64,000 nucleotides of DNA from an uncultured SAR86 cluster bacterium (GTDB lineage: Bacteria > Pseudomonadota > Gammaproteobacteria > Magnimaribacterales > Magnimaribacteraceae). Shown in pieces: positions 41,251 to 50,900 of this stretch. The position numbers were made by a program, and so were the translations under genes. Each line of letters starts with the position of its first letter. Positions within the stretch are counted from its first letter, which is position 1. A model generated the notes under the pieces. It was not told the DNA's origin and ran no database searches. It was given only the letters and a program-made list of their open reading frames with translations. The stretch spans positions 20,603 to 84,602 of the forward strand of contig CACOVO010000002.1 in assembly GCA_902630715.1 (NCBI GenBank), given 5' to 3'.

Positions 41251-43070
41251 TGGCAGGTTCAATACCCCAAGAATTTATAAGAGATATTATTGATTCAACT
41301 GATATCGTGTCTTTGATAGATTCTTATCTTCCCCTAAAAAGAAGAGGCAAAGATCATTGGGGCCAATGCCCATTTTGTGATGATGGGAAAAATCCTTCTT
41401 TTAGTGTAAGCGAGCAGAAGCAATTTTATTTTTGTTTTAAATGTCGTGCCTCTGGGAATGTAATAGGTTTCTTGCAACACCATCAAGGATTTGACTTTAT
41501 AGAGTCCATTGAGGCGCTTGCAGCTAGATCTGGAATGGAGGTGCCATATGAAAATAACTCTTCACCCAGTCAAGACAAAAATCCACTATACGAAGCTCTA
41601 AAAGCTGCTACCGTTTTTTTTGAAAAAAACCTAGCTGATTCTAATAAAGCTAGTCATGTTAGAGACTATATCCTTGAGCAAAGGAAAATTTCTGGAGATG
41701 TTTGCAAAAAGTTTTCTTTGGGATATGCAAGTAAATCATGGGATGAGCTTTCCATATTAATGCTTGAAAAAGGATTTTCAGAAGAAGTCCTCCTCAAAGC
41801 AGGTTTGTCGAAAAGAAATAAAGACAATAAGTTATTTGATGTCTTTAGAGACAGACTTATGTTTCCTATCAAAGATCGTAAAGGAAGAGTCGTAGGTTTT
41901 GGGGGAAGAGTAATGAACCCTGACGATCAACCTAAGTATTTAAATACTGGAGAAACATCTGTTTTTCAAAAAAGTAGAGAACTTTATGGCTTGTTCGAAG
42001 CTTTAGAGTTTAGGAAAGACTTGCATAAAATATATGTTGTCGAAGGATATATGGATTCAATTGCTCTATATGAGCACGGTATCAAGAACTCTGTCGCGAC
42101 GTTAGGTATTGCAACAAATAGATTCCATATTCAAAAATTATTGCAAATAGTAGATGAAATTATCTTTTGCTTCGATGGGGATGATGCAGGCAGAGGAGCA
42201 GCGTGGGGCGCTCTAAAAAACGTATTACCATCAATAACTGACGGTGCTGAGATAAGATTCTTATTTTTACCTGAAGGGGAAGATCCTGCTAGTTTGTTAG
42301 AGAAATATTCGGTAGAGAAGTTTAAAGAAATGTCAGATGATTCAAGTTTATTATCTGAATATTTCATTGAAAGACTTACTCAAGATTCAGAATTAACCTC
42401 AATAGAGCAGAAGGCTGCACTTGCTTCGAAAGCTATGGAATTGCTATCAACTATGCAAGAAAGCTCAATAAAGAAGCTCCTTGAAGCACAAGTTTCCAAG
42501 GTAACTGGACTTTCCTTAGATGATCTTAAAACACAGAGTAAGATAGCGAGCTACCCTCAAAGGGTAATAAAGGACTTAGGTAATTCAGGAGATAAAGTCC
42601 AAAAAACTTTCGAGTCATCAGGGTTAGGATCCAAAATATTATCAGTAGTCTTATCTTATCCTTACTTAGCAAATGAAATAGAGGATTTAGAAATATTTTC
42701 TAATTTCAATGAACCTGAAGTACACCTCATGTCACAGGTAGTAACATTTTTTAAAGATAGACCAAAAGAAGGCATTTCAAATCTTTTGAGTACCCTAGAT
42801 AAAGAATCGGCCTCATTCATTGGCGCTTTGTTGTCTTTAAATGATGTCATAGACGAACAGAACTGCAAAGACTATCTTCAGGATTGTTTGCTGAAATTAA
42901 GAAAATCTGATTCTGTGACCAGAATTATTGAGTTGAAAGAGATTTTCGAGAACGGTTCCTTGTCCGAAGACGAGACTTTTGAACTACAACAACACTTGTT
43001 GTCAAATATTCATAAATTAGAAGAACCCGAAAAGAACCTCCTCAGAGAGCTGAGCCACAAAAGCAGTTAG
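41250..43070 (+). CDS. dnaG: DNA primase
   Basis: Zinc-binding domain, FRDRLMFPI, PKYLN, and TOPRIM motifs VVEGYMD and FDGDDAG. Confidence 0.96.
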   Translation: MAGSIPQEFIRDIIDSTDIVSLIDSYLPLKRRGKDHWGQCPFCDDGKNPSFSVSEQKQFYFCFKCRASGNVIGFLQHHQGFDFIESIEALAARSGMEVPYENNSSPSQDKNPLYEALKAATVFFEKNLADSNKASHVRDYILEQRKISGDVCKKFSLGYASKSWDELSILMLEKGFSEEVLLKAGLSKRNKDNKLFDVFRDRLMFPIKDRKGRVVGFGGRVMNPDDQPKYLNTGETSVFQKSRELYGLFEALEFRKDLHKIYVVEGYMDSIALYEHGIKNSVATLGIATNRFHIQKLLQIVDEIIFCFDGDDAGRGAAWGALKNVLPSITDGAEIRFLFLPEGEDPASLLEKYSVEKFKEMSDDSSLLSEYFIERLTQDSELTSIEQKAALASKAMELLSTMQESSIKKLLEAQVSKVTGLSLDDLKTQSKIASYPQRVIKDLGNSGDKVQKTFESSGLGSKILSVVLSYPYLANEIEDLEIFSNFNEPEVHLMSQVVTFFKDRPKEGISNLLSTLDKESASFIGALLSLNDVIDEQNCKDYLQDCLLKLRKSDSVTRIIELKEIFENGSLSEDETFELQQHLLSNIHKLEEPEKNLLRELSHKSS

Positions 43071-43136
43071 AAATTAATTAAAATAAGGTAATTTGCATAA
43101 AAAACTAATATAATTGCGCACCTTTTTAAATTTGTT

Positions 43137-45008
43137 ATGGCAAGAAAAGCAAAAAATCCACCTATCGAAGTAAAAGAAAAAGAAGTTGAAGCTTCTGAAG
43201 AGTCCGAAGAAATCCTTTTCGGTGAGGAAGACCTTGAGAATTCAGGTCTAAGAGAACTCGTCGATAAAGGCAAAGATCAAGGGTTTTTAACCTACGAAGA
43301 TATAAACTCCATGTTACCCGAAGACATATCTGATCCTGATCAGGTAGAGGAGACCATCCAAATGCTGATGGATATTGGCATTGAAGTTCTTGAATCAACG
43401 AGTACAGCTTCTGATGATACCTCTGAATCAGCTCCAGAAACTATCGCTGATACCAGAACTACTCTCACAACCGTTGAGTCAGAAGTCGGTCGAACAACTG
43501 ACCCGGTGAGACTTTATATGAGAGAAATGGGTACGGTTGATCTCTTAACTCGTGAGGGGGAAATTGCCATTGCAAAAAGAATCGAAGAAGGGGCAAGAGA
43601 ACTGTTACATGCTTGCTGTTTTTATCCTGGCATAGTCGATAGAATCCTTGATGAATACCAAGAGGTTGTAGCGGGCGATCGAAGACTTTCTGAGGTTTTA
43701 GTTGGTTTTATGGATATCGAGGAAGGCATTCCCCCACCTGCTTTAGCTCAAAAGAAAGAAAAAGAAGAAAAAGGTGATACGGATGATGAGGAAGCTTCAG
43801 GTCCCGATCCCGCTGAAGTAAAGAAACGCTTTAGTTCCTTAAAAAGACAATTCAATAAATCTGAAAAGGCTTGTGCTAAAACAAGAACCAGTAAGGCTGC
43901 CATACAAGAGCAGCAAAAGCTGGGTGATATTTTTCAATTTTTAAAATTATCACCAACACAATTTGAGATTATTGCTGATCCTGCAAGAGACGCTCTTGAA
44001 ATAATCAGAGATGTGGAGAAGTACTTATTCACGATTTATGTCAAAAGAGGGAAGATGCCTCGCAAGGAGTTTATCCAGGAATTTTCAGGAAATGAAGCTG
44101 ATGCATCTTGGTCGGAGAAGATTGCTAAATCAAGAAAGCCTTGGGCTAAAGAAGTTAAAGCAAATCTCCAAGAAATAGTCAGACTACAAAATAAACTTTC
44201 GAAGCTAGAAAAAATAATTCAACTACCTATAAGTGAGATCAAAGATATCAACAGAAAGATGTCTATTGGGGAAGCTAAGATAAGAAGAGCAAAAAAAGAT
44301 ATGGTAGAGGCTAACCTTAGGTTAGTAATTTCGATAGCCAAGAAATATACCAATAGAGGTCTTCAGTTTTTAGATCTAATTCAAGAAGGAAATATCGGCT
44401 TAATGAAGGCAGTAGATAAATTTGAATACAGAAGAGGTTATAAATTTTCTACTTACGCTACTTGGTGGATTAGACAAGCTATAACCAGATCAATTGCAGA
44501 TCAGGCGAGAACAATACGTATACCTGTTCACATGATTGAAACCATCAATAAATTGAATAGAGTTTCTCGTCAGATGGTTCAAGAGATGGGAAGAGAGCCA
44601 ACCCCAGAAGAATTGGGCGAGAGGATGGATCTACCTGAGGATAAAGTAAGAAGGGTCTTAAAGATAGCAAAAGAGCCTATCTCCACCGAAACACCAATAG
44701 GTGATGAGGAAGATACAACTCTAGGCGATTTTATTGAGGATACTTCGATTGATGCGCCCGATATTGCTGCAATTGAAGAGAATTTACAAGGTGCTACAGA
44801 TGATATTCTAGGAAGCTTGACTGCCAGAGAAGCAAAAGTGTTGAGAATGAGGTTTGGTATCGGCATGAACACCGATCATACTTTGGAAGAGGTTGGTAAG
44901 CAGTTCGATGTTACAAGAGAAAGAATTAGACAGATAGAAGCTAAAGCCCTCAGAAAATTGAGGCATCCTACACGATCTTCTCATTTGAAAGGGTTTCTAG
45001 ACGAATAA
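43137..45008 (+). CDS. rpoD: RNA polymerase sigma-70 factor
   Basis: [35 protein letters not shown] and [16 protein letters not shown] motifs. Confidence 0.98.
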   Translation: MARKAKNPPIEVKEKEVEASEESEEILFGEEDLENSGLRELVDKGKDQGFLTYEDINSMLPEDISDPDQVEETIQMLMDIGIEVLESTSTASDDTSESAPETIADTRTTLTTVESEVGRTTDPVRLYMREMGTVDLLTREGEIAIAKRIEEGARELLHACCFYPGIVDRILDEYQEVVAGDRRLSEVLVGFMDIEEGIPPPALAQKKEKEEKGDTDDEEASGPDPAEVKKRFSSLKRQFNKSEKACAKTRTSKAAIQEQQKLGDIFQFLKLSPTQFEIIADPARDALEIIRDVEKYLFTIYVKRGKMPRKEFIQEFSGNEADASWSEKIAKSRKPWAKEVKANLQEIVRLQNKLSKLEKIIQLPISEIKDINRKMSIGEAKIRRAKKDMVEANLRLVISIAKKYTNRGLQFLDLIQEGNIGLMKAVDKFEYRRGYKFSTYATWWIRQAITRSIADQARTIRIPVHMIETINKLNRVSRQMVQEMGREPTPEELGERMDLPEDKVRRVLKIAKEPISTETPIGDEEDTTLGDFIEDTSIDAPDIAAIEENLQGATDDILGSLTAREAKVLRMRFGIGMNTDHTLEEVGKQFDVTRERIRQIEAKALRKLRHPTRSSHLKGFLDE

Positions 45009-45010
45009 AA

Positions 45011-45087
45011 GGGCCTGTAGCTCAGTTGGTTAGAGCAGTGGACTCATAATCCATTGGTCGGAGGTTCGAGTCCTCCCGGGCCCACCA
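45011..45087 (+). tRNA. ileX: tRNA-Ile2 (CAT anticodon, lysidine type)
   Basis: Cloverleaf GGGCCTG...CGGGCCC-A-CCA; anticodon loop CTCATAA; T-loop TTCGAGT; C4/C5 acceptor pairs and the position after rpoD favour Ile2 over Met. Confidence 0.88.
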
Positions 45088-45088
45088 T

Positions 45089-45928
45089 CTAAAATCTTTT
45101 TATTCTATTCTTTTCAACTCGACTCATTAATATCAAAACTAATGGAATTGTGATTGGGAAAGCCAAGACCATGACTATAAGTCCACAGAAAAAAGACATT
45201 ATTTGAAAAAGGTTTGCTGAATTTGCTTCTGGGATATCAGATTTAAAAAACTTAGCCGTATAAAGGTGAGGATATTCTTTAAAGTAGTTCTGCATAGTAT
45301 TAACCCATTTTCTAAGGTTTATAAGCCTTTGATCATTGAGTAGGGAATTTAATGCAGGTACAGGAATACTTGCATGACATTGTATTATTCCAAACATTAT
45401 CAAATCTTTTGAACCGGGTTTCATGCCATCGATAAATCGACCCTCAGACGAATCAAGTACATTTTCCCAATACATGAACTGATCTCCAAAATTTTTAGGC
45501 TCCTTTTGTTTTAGTCTCCTTTTTCCAATATTTATTAATATAAACATATAGAGGGCAACAAAGCTCAAAAGAAAGTTACTTACTGTATTATTAAATAAAG
45601 ATTTAGAAATTTGTCCTCCGCGAGCAAAGTGTAAAAAGAACTTCAAGGGATTATCTGTACGATGTAAAACACCTTGCCAAGCATTATTTGCTGCTTTTAT
45701 TTCATCGGGGAGTATAGGTTTATAACCTAATTTAGTAAGTATCTCAGTTGACTCAATTTCCCAAGGGCCATCGTCTAATGATACTGCAGGCATATAAACA
45801 CCCCATTTCTTAAAGACGTCATAAGGGGGTCGTATATGAAGATCATATTCTAGCTCTTTATCATATAGAGCCAGTAAGACTGCCTGTACCCAAGGAGAAT
45901 GAGTAAAGCCATAGACTTTTACGTTCAT
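45089..45928 (-). CDS. Glutathione S-transferase-like protein with C-terminal membrane anchor
   Basis: N-terminal VYGFTHSPWVQAV, cis-Pro region YMPAV, and ESTEIL; hydrophobic C-terminal helix. Confidence 0.6.
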   Translation of the reverse strand: MNVKVYGFTHSPWVQAVLLALYDKELEYDLHIRPPYDVFKKWGVYMPAVSLDDGPWEIESTEILTKLGYKPILPDEIKAANNAWQGVLHRTDNPLKFFLHFARGGQISKSLFNNTVSNFLLSFVALYMFILINIGKRRLKQKEPKNFGDQFMYWENVLDSSEGRFIDGMKPGSKDLIMFGIIQCHASIPVPALNSLLNDQRLINLRKWVNTMQNYFKEYPHLYTAKFFKSDIPEANSANLFQIMSFFCGLIVMVLAFPITIPLVLILMSRVEKNRIKRF

Positions 45929-45994
45929 AATTTAAATCAGACGACAATAAATAATTAAAGTACTGAAGAAGTATCAAAAATCATATAAATAGTA

Positions 45995-46471
45995 TTATTT
46001 TCTTACTTGAGCATACACCTTACTTGTACCGTCTTGGAAATGTATAAGCACATCGTAAGGTGTGAAGCGATTATCAACTTCCATACCCGGTGAACCTAAT
46101 GGCATTCCCGGAACAGAAAGCCCAATTGCATCTGGGTTTGATTCTGAAAGAAATTGAAGTACGTATCTACTAGGAACATGTCCCTCAAAAAAATACCCTT
46201 CTTGCGAAACACCTGTATGACATGATCTAAATTCAGGTTGAATTCTTAGATCATCTTTAATCATAGTAAGGCTTTGATGATCTTCGGTTGTTACTGAAAA
46301 TCCATTATCTTCCATATGATCAACCCACTTTTTACAACATCCACAAGTAGGTGTTTTGTGAACAGTTAGCTCAGTCAGAGAAACGATATTTTGCGCGCTG
46401 AGAATAGGAGATCCTAAAACAAATGAAGTTATAAAAATAAGAACAAAAAGGTATTTTTTAAACATAAACAT
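45995..46471 (-). CDS. DUF411/CopG family periplasmic metal-binding protein
   Basis: PTCGCCKKW, SCHT, EGHVP and GLSVPGMPLGSPGME; signal peptide. Confidence 0.9.
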   Translation of the reverse strand: MFMFKKYLFVLIFITSFVLGSPILSAQNIVSLTELTVHKTPTCGCCKKWVDHMEDNGFSVTTEDHQSLTMIKDDLRIQPEFRSCHTGVSQEGYFFEGHVPSRYVLQFLSESNPDAIGLSVPGMPLGSPGMEVDNRFTPYDVLIHFQDGTSKVYAQVRK

Positions 46472-46583
46472 ATTTTAATCTTACATTAGAAATTTGATAG
46501 TCATTAGGAGTATTTCAAATCACAAGTGATATGATGACAATCTTAATAAGGCTGACTTCCCCATTAAAATTCCAAATATACAA

Positions 46584-47492
46584 ATGCTCTATTTAATAAC
46601 CTCCCTAATTATAGTAATTAGTCTATGGATAGGTAATTCTGCAGTTTCTTTATTTTTGGGAATAATTCTAGCTTTATTTTATAAGTTGCCTGAAGGTTTT
46701 TTCACTCAAAAGTATGGATCCAAGATTTTGCAGACGGGCATAGTTTTTTTAGGTGGCAGTTTAAGCTTCGGCTCCGTGTATGAAACAAATACCGATTATT
46801 TTTTATGGATTTTTGCTTTTGTTCTTATCTCATTTATTGTGGTAATAATTTTAGGAAAGCTTATAGGGGTGTCTGAAAAACTATCTTTTCTTCTTGCTTC
46901 TGGAACAGCTGTGTGTGGTGGAACCGCTATCGCTTCAGTTGCTCCTTCAATAAAGGCAAGACCAGAAGATCTAACTACAGCAATTACTATAGTTTTCTTA
47001 TTAAATGCTATTGCAGTCTTAATTTTTCCTGTGTCGAATGGATATCTAGAGTTAAACGATAAACAGTTTGGGGCATGGGCAGCTTTAGCTATACATGACA
47101 CTGCTTCCGTTGTTGGTGCTGCATCAAGTATTAGTGAAGTTTCAGTCGAAGTTGCGGCTACTTTAAAAGTAACAAGAACTATTTGGATTGTCCCTTTGGT
47201 TATTTTTTCTGCTTGGATTTACCGCAATAAGAATGATGGCTTTGGTCTTCCTATCTTTGTAGTTTTCTTCGTAGCAGCAGCTATACTGAATACTCTTTTG
47301 GAGCCTAATGAAATCATTGTTGATTATTTAAAACTGATCAATAGGGTTTGTCTTTTGACTGGTCTTTTTTGTATTGGAACTCAGATAAGTAGAGAAAGTT
47401 TAGCTCTACTGGCACTTAAACCTATAGCTTTAGCTTCACTAGTTTGGGCAATTATTATTCCTACTTCTTTATATTTAGTTCTAAATTTTTAA
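46584..47492 (+). CDS. YeiH family putative exporter
   Basis: GTAVCGGTAI, AIHDTASVVGA and KVTRTIW; about 10 TM segments. Confidence 0.88.
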   Translation: MLYLITSLIIVISLWIGNSAVSLFLGIILALFYKLPEGFFTQKYGSKILQTGIVFLGGSLSFGSVYETNTDYFLWIFAFVLISFIVVIILGKLIGVSEKLSFLLASGTAVCGGTAIASVAPSIKARPEDLTTAITIVFLLNAIAVLIFPVSNGYLELNDKQFGAWAALAIHDTASVVGAASSISEVSVEVAATLKVTRTIWIVPLVIFSAWIYRNKNDGFGLPIFVVFFVAAAILNTLLEPNEIIVDYLKLINRVCLLTGLFCIGTQISRESLALLALKPIALASLVWAIIIPTSLYLVLNF

Positions 47493-48092
47493 CTAGAATT
47501 TTCTTTTCTGTTTCTCGCATTTACCTTTTGCAAGGATTTCTATTTTAGGGTCTTTACCTCTTTTGCCATCGACTCTTTTAAGCCAGATATCTCCCTTAAC
47601 TCTTGCCTTACCTGTAAACCAATTAATTTCGTTAGTTAATTGATAAATATCAACTTTGTATTCAGGATAATTTGGATGCATGGCTCCATTTTCTATAAAA
47701 TGAGTAACCATTATTCCAGTATTCTTTTTTTCTTTTCTCCAGTCGCTTTGCGTAACCCACACAGGTGCAGGCTCGATTACATAATCTAGCTTAAGAAGAT
47801 CATCCGATGAGCTGTCAATAGCCCAATATTGTGTGACATCTATTTTATTTTTATCCCATGCATCTTTATTGAGGGTTTGTTTTGCTCTGTTAAGAAAGAA
47901 TATTGATTGCGTTGTAGTAACTGCGACATTTTTAGCAATTTCAACTGCTTCATTGAAATAGTTTCTACGAAAATCTTCGTAAGTTATTGAATAATTTCCT
48001 TCCAATTCACAAAGTACTTTTTTGTGTCCTTCGTCAGCATGAAGCGAGCCTAAACAAAAAAGAAAGATAGATAAAAGTATGGAATTTCTCAT
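47493..48092 (-). CDS. Secreted hypothetical protein
   Basis: Signal peptide (SLHA|DE); one Cys near each end of the mature chain; no family recognised. Confidence 0.7.
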   Translation of the reverse strand: MRNSILLSIFLFCLGSLHADEGHKKVLCELEGNYSITYEDFRRNYFNEAVEIAKNVAVTTTQSIFFLNRAKQTLNKDAWDKNKIDVTQYWAIDSSSDDLLKLDYVIEPAPVWVTQSDWRKEKKNTGIMVTHFIENGAMHPNYPEYKVDIYQLTNEINWFTGKARVKGDIWLKRVDGKRGKDPKIEILAKGKCEKQKRKF

Positions 48093-48100
48093 TTTGTAAT

Positions 48101-49153
48101 TTATTTCTTATGATCTGTCATCTCTCTGATGAATGAAACTTCCTTTTCGCTAAACGGCGATCCATCAGTCCTGAAAATGTCGTGAAACCAAATTTCTGGT
48201 TCAGGCACTTGTTCATCCTCTTCTAAAAAATCACCTTCATCTTTTTTCTTTTTTAGATCAAGTATTGTTGACCACCCAAAATGTGTTTGGCTCTTTCCAG
48301 CAACTAGACCCCAATTGTAACAACCAATTCTATGCTTCTTGAATATTGGCAGACTGAACTCAAATGTTGATCCAAACTCCCTTGCCATATACTCAGTACA
48401 GATAAGAGGTCTGTCGTGATGTCTCAATCTATTAATCGTCTCTTCAAGTTTTTCTCCTTCATAGGTATGAAAAGTGATAATGTCAGAGTTTCTCGCATTA
48501 AGATCAATAATATCATCACCGACTGCTCCATCTAGACATGCAGTTAAAGGTTGTGAGGGTCTTACTTCATGAGCCCATTTCCAAACAAATTTTAATAAAG
48601 GCAATGCTTTGTCAGAAATCCCAAATTGCCCTGGTTCGTTATAAAGGTCCCACATTAGAATTCTTTCGTCTTTGCCGAAGTCTGAAAGAATTTCTTGAAC
48701 GTAATTCTGCAGTCTTGGAATTTCAGGATGCTCTGGATTTTCATTAATATCATGCACAATTTTCATACCTGGACTCTGTTTCCAACCCGAGTTATGAACT
48801 CCTCGGACTGGTTTAGGTTGTTTTCCTAATTTTGGATACGGTCTATGACAGTCGTCGAACAAAACTATCATTGGTTTAATTTCCAAAATATCGCAAATAT
48901 CTAGAAATTCATTAAGGGTATTTTTAAAAACACTTTTATGATTCCAGAGTAAATCATGCAAATACACTCTGATGCTATTAAATCCAAGACTTTTAGCCCA
49001 AGTAAGTTCTTTGATGTTTATTTCTCTATCAAATGATTCTGATTGAAACATTTCAAGCTGGTTAATCGCACTACTTGGCAGGTAATTGCAACCAATAAGC
49101 CAATCATTACCCTCATACCATTGTTTTGCCTTATCTTTATTCCATTTCGACAT
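48101..49153 (-). CDS. Clan GH-A glycoside hydrolase (GH5-like)
   Basis: GFNSIRVYLH, WDLYNEP acid/base, TFHTY, ICTEY nucleophile and YNWG. Confidence 0.82.
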   Translation of the reverse strand: MSKWNKDKAKQWYEGNDWLIGCNYLPSSAINQLEMFQSESFDREINIKELTWAKSLGFNSIRVYLHDLLWNHKSVFKNTLNEFLDICDILEIKPMIVLFDDCHRPYPKLGKQPKPVRGVHNSGWKQSPGMKIVHDINENPEHPEIPRLQNYVQEILSDFGKDERILMWDLYNEPGQFGISDKALPLLKFVWKWAHEVRPSQPLTACLDGAVGDDIIDLNARNSDIITFHTYEGEKLEETINRLRHHDRPLICTEYMAREFGSTFEFSLPIFKKHRIGCYNWGLVAGKSQTHFGWSTILDLKKKKDEGDFLEEDEQVPEPEIWFHDIFRTDGSPFSEKEVSFIREMTDHKK

Positions 49154-49156
49154 GGT

Positions 49157-49366
49157 TTAAGTCGTTTCTAGGCATTTTGTCATGCCTTTAATAAATATAC
49201 CTTGCCTAGCTATTTCACATTGTTCCTTAAGCCTGAAAGGAACCGGATAGCTTATCCACTCACAACTTTTACATGGTTTTATGAAAAGACTGTATTCATT
49301 TGCGAAGGAAATTGAAGAAAAACTTAAGATTAGAATTGATATAAGAGATATAAATATTTTTTTCAT
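49157..49366 (-). CDS. Small secreted Cys-rich protein
   Basis: MKK + hydrophobic signal (SFA|NE); 4 Cys in the mature part; 3-bp gap to the GH gene. Confidence 0.65.
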   Translation of the reverse strand: MKKIFISLISILILSFSSISFANEYSLFIKPCKSCEWISYPVPFRLKEQCEIARQGIFIKGMTKCLETT

Positions 49367-49397
49367 ATTTTATAATTTTATAATTGAGCTCTAGGGC

Positions 49398-50195
49398 ATG
49401 AGTATTATAAGCACAAAAGATCTGGATATATATTTTGAAAGGAGTTCCTCAAAAAGGAGGGGGCCTCTTTTGTATATTGGAGGAACTGGAGGTGATTTAA
49501 GAAATAAACCAAATCAACTTGACTCACCACTGACTGAATTTTTTGAAGTCATTAGTTACGATCAAAGAGGTCTAGGGCAGACTACCAAGCCCGAGGGCAA
49601 TTATACCATGCAACAATATGCCGATGATGCTGCTGATCTTTTGGATGCTCTTGAGATTGAAAATATACCTGTATTAGGAGTCTCTTTCGGAGGTATGGTC
49701 GCTCAGGAATTGATAAAAAGGCATCCAAATAGAGTTTCTAAGCTTATTCTTCTATGTACTTCTTCAGGTGGAAAGGGCGGCTCATCTTACCCTCTTCACG
49801 AATTAGAATTACTGGATGAAGAAAAAAAGTTAGAAAAACTTATTAAAATAAATGATCTCAGAATATCTGACAATTGGATTGAGAATAATTTAGAGTTATT
49901 CAATGAGCTAAAAATTAGTTCAAGAAAACGAAATACCTTCAAGCCTGATCCAGAAAATCTTCTCAAACAGCTGCTTGCAAGAAAAGATCACGACACTTTT
50001 GAAAATTTAAGACAAATAGCCGTCCCGGTTTTTCTGATGGGAGGCAAATATGATGGAATAGCGCCTGTATCAAACCTGGAAGCTATGCATAAAGAAATAA
50101 AAGATAGTGAGCTAAGATTTTACGAAGGAGGTCACCTTTTTTTGATACAAGATAAAAATGCTTTTAAAGAACTTATTGATTGGTTATTAATTTAA
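49398..50195 (+). CDS. Alpha/beta hydrolase
   Basis: YDQRGLG, GVSFGG nucleophile elbow, Asp (GKYDG) and His (GGHLF). Confidence 0.88.
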   Translation: MSIISTKDLDIYFERSSSKRRGPLLYIGGTGGDLRNKPNQLDSPLTEFFEVISYDQRGLGQTTKPEGNYTMQQYADDAADLLDALEIENIPVLGVSFGGMVAQELIKRHPNRVSKLILLCTSSGGKGGSSYPLHELELLDEEKKLEKLIKINDLRISDNWIENNLELFNELKISSRKRNTFKPDPENLLKQLLARKDHDTFENLRQIAVPVFLMGGKYDGIAPVSNLEAMHKEIKDSELRFYEGGHLFLIQDKNAFKELIDWLLI

Positions 50196-50897
50196 ATTTG
50201 CTATTTTTGAGGCAGTTTTTTCCCATGAAGACATCGACTCTGAATCTAATGAAGTGAGCGTTGGCGGTATGTTATATCTTTTTAAGATTTTTCTAATTAT
50301 CTCGCCCTTAGAACTTATATCAATATCGATGATATTTAAAGCTGCATGATCTTGATCATATTTTGAGGCAAGAGATATATCAACATCATTTACCCAGCAC
50401 ATAATTGCTGCATTAACGGCTCCATGAAGGAAAGCTGCGATCTGAGAAAAATCTTCTTTAATTATCTTTTCTAGTGTACCGATTACTCTTTTGTAAAATT
50501 CATCTGCATCCTCAGTCCCGCCTATCATCTCTTTGGCTTTTGAGTCCTCAAATAAATAACCAAACTTGGTTATATCAGTCTCCATTAACAACTTTGGATC
50601 CCATTGATATTCTTTCAAGCTTTGAAAGTTCTCAATCTTGATCCCTCTTCTTTTGGCTATATGCTCACCAGTCTGGATTGTCCTAGGAAGTCCAGAGCAA
50701 ATAATCCTTTCAATAGTGAACTCTTTAGTATTCTCGTCTATGTTTAAGGCTTGTTGCCTTCCATTCTCTGTCAAGTTCACTTGATCGGGATCATCAACTA
50801 CTTTTCCTGAACTCATATAATCAACTTCTCCGTGCCTAAAAAGATAAAGTCTCTTCCTAACATTTCCGTCTAAGGAATAATTTGGCTTAGTGCTCAT
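50187..50897 (-). CDS. Histidine phosphatase (PGM-like) family protein
   Basis: LFRHGE, SGLPRTIQT, LKE and FLHGAV motifs. Confidence 0.88.
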   Translation of the reverse strand: MSTKPNYSLDGNVRKRLYLFRHGEVDYMSSGKVVDDPDQVNLTENGRQQALNIDENTKEFTIERIICSGLPRTIQTGEHIAKRRGIKIENFQSLKEYQWDPKLLMETDITKFGYLFEDSKAKEMIGGTEDADEFYKRVIGTLEKIIKEDFSQIAAFLHGAVNAAIMCWVNDVDISLASKYDQDHAALNIIDIDISSKGEIIRKILKRYNIPPTLTSLDSESMSSWEKTASKIANLN

Positions 50898-50900
50898 TTT

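Noticed and set aside
45011-45087. tRNA-Met assignment of the CAT tRNA
   Set aside because: No initiator features (1-72 is paired, no GGG/CCC anticodon stem); sequence and location after rpoD fit Ile2
46472-46583. Possible riboswitch (fluoride-like fragments such as CTAATGAC) between the DUF411 and yeiH genes
   Set aside because: I could not build the conserved stem/pseudoknot by eye; an Rfam/Infernal scan would settle it
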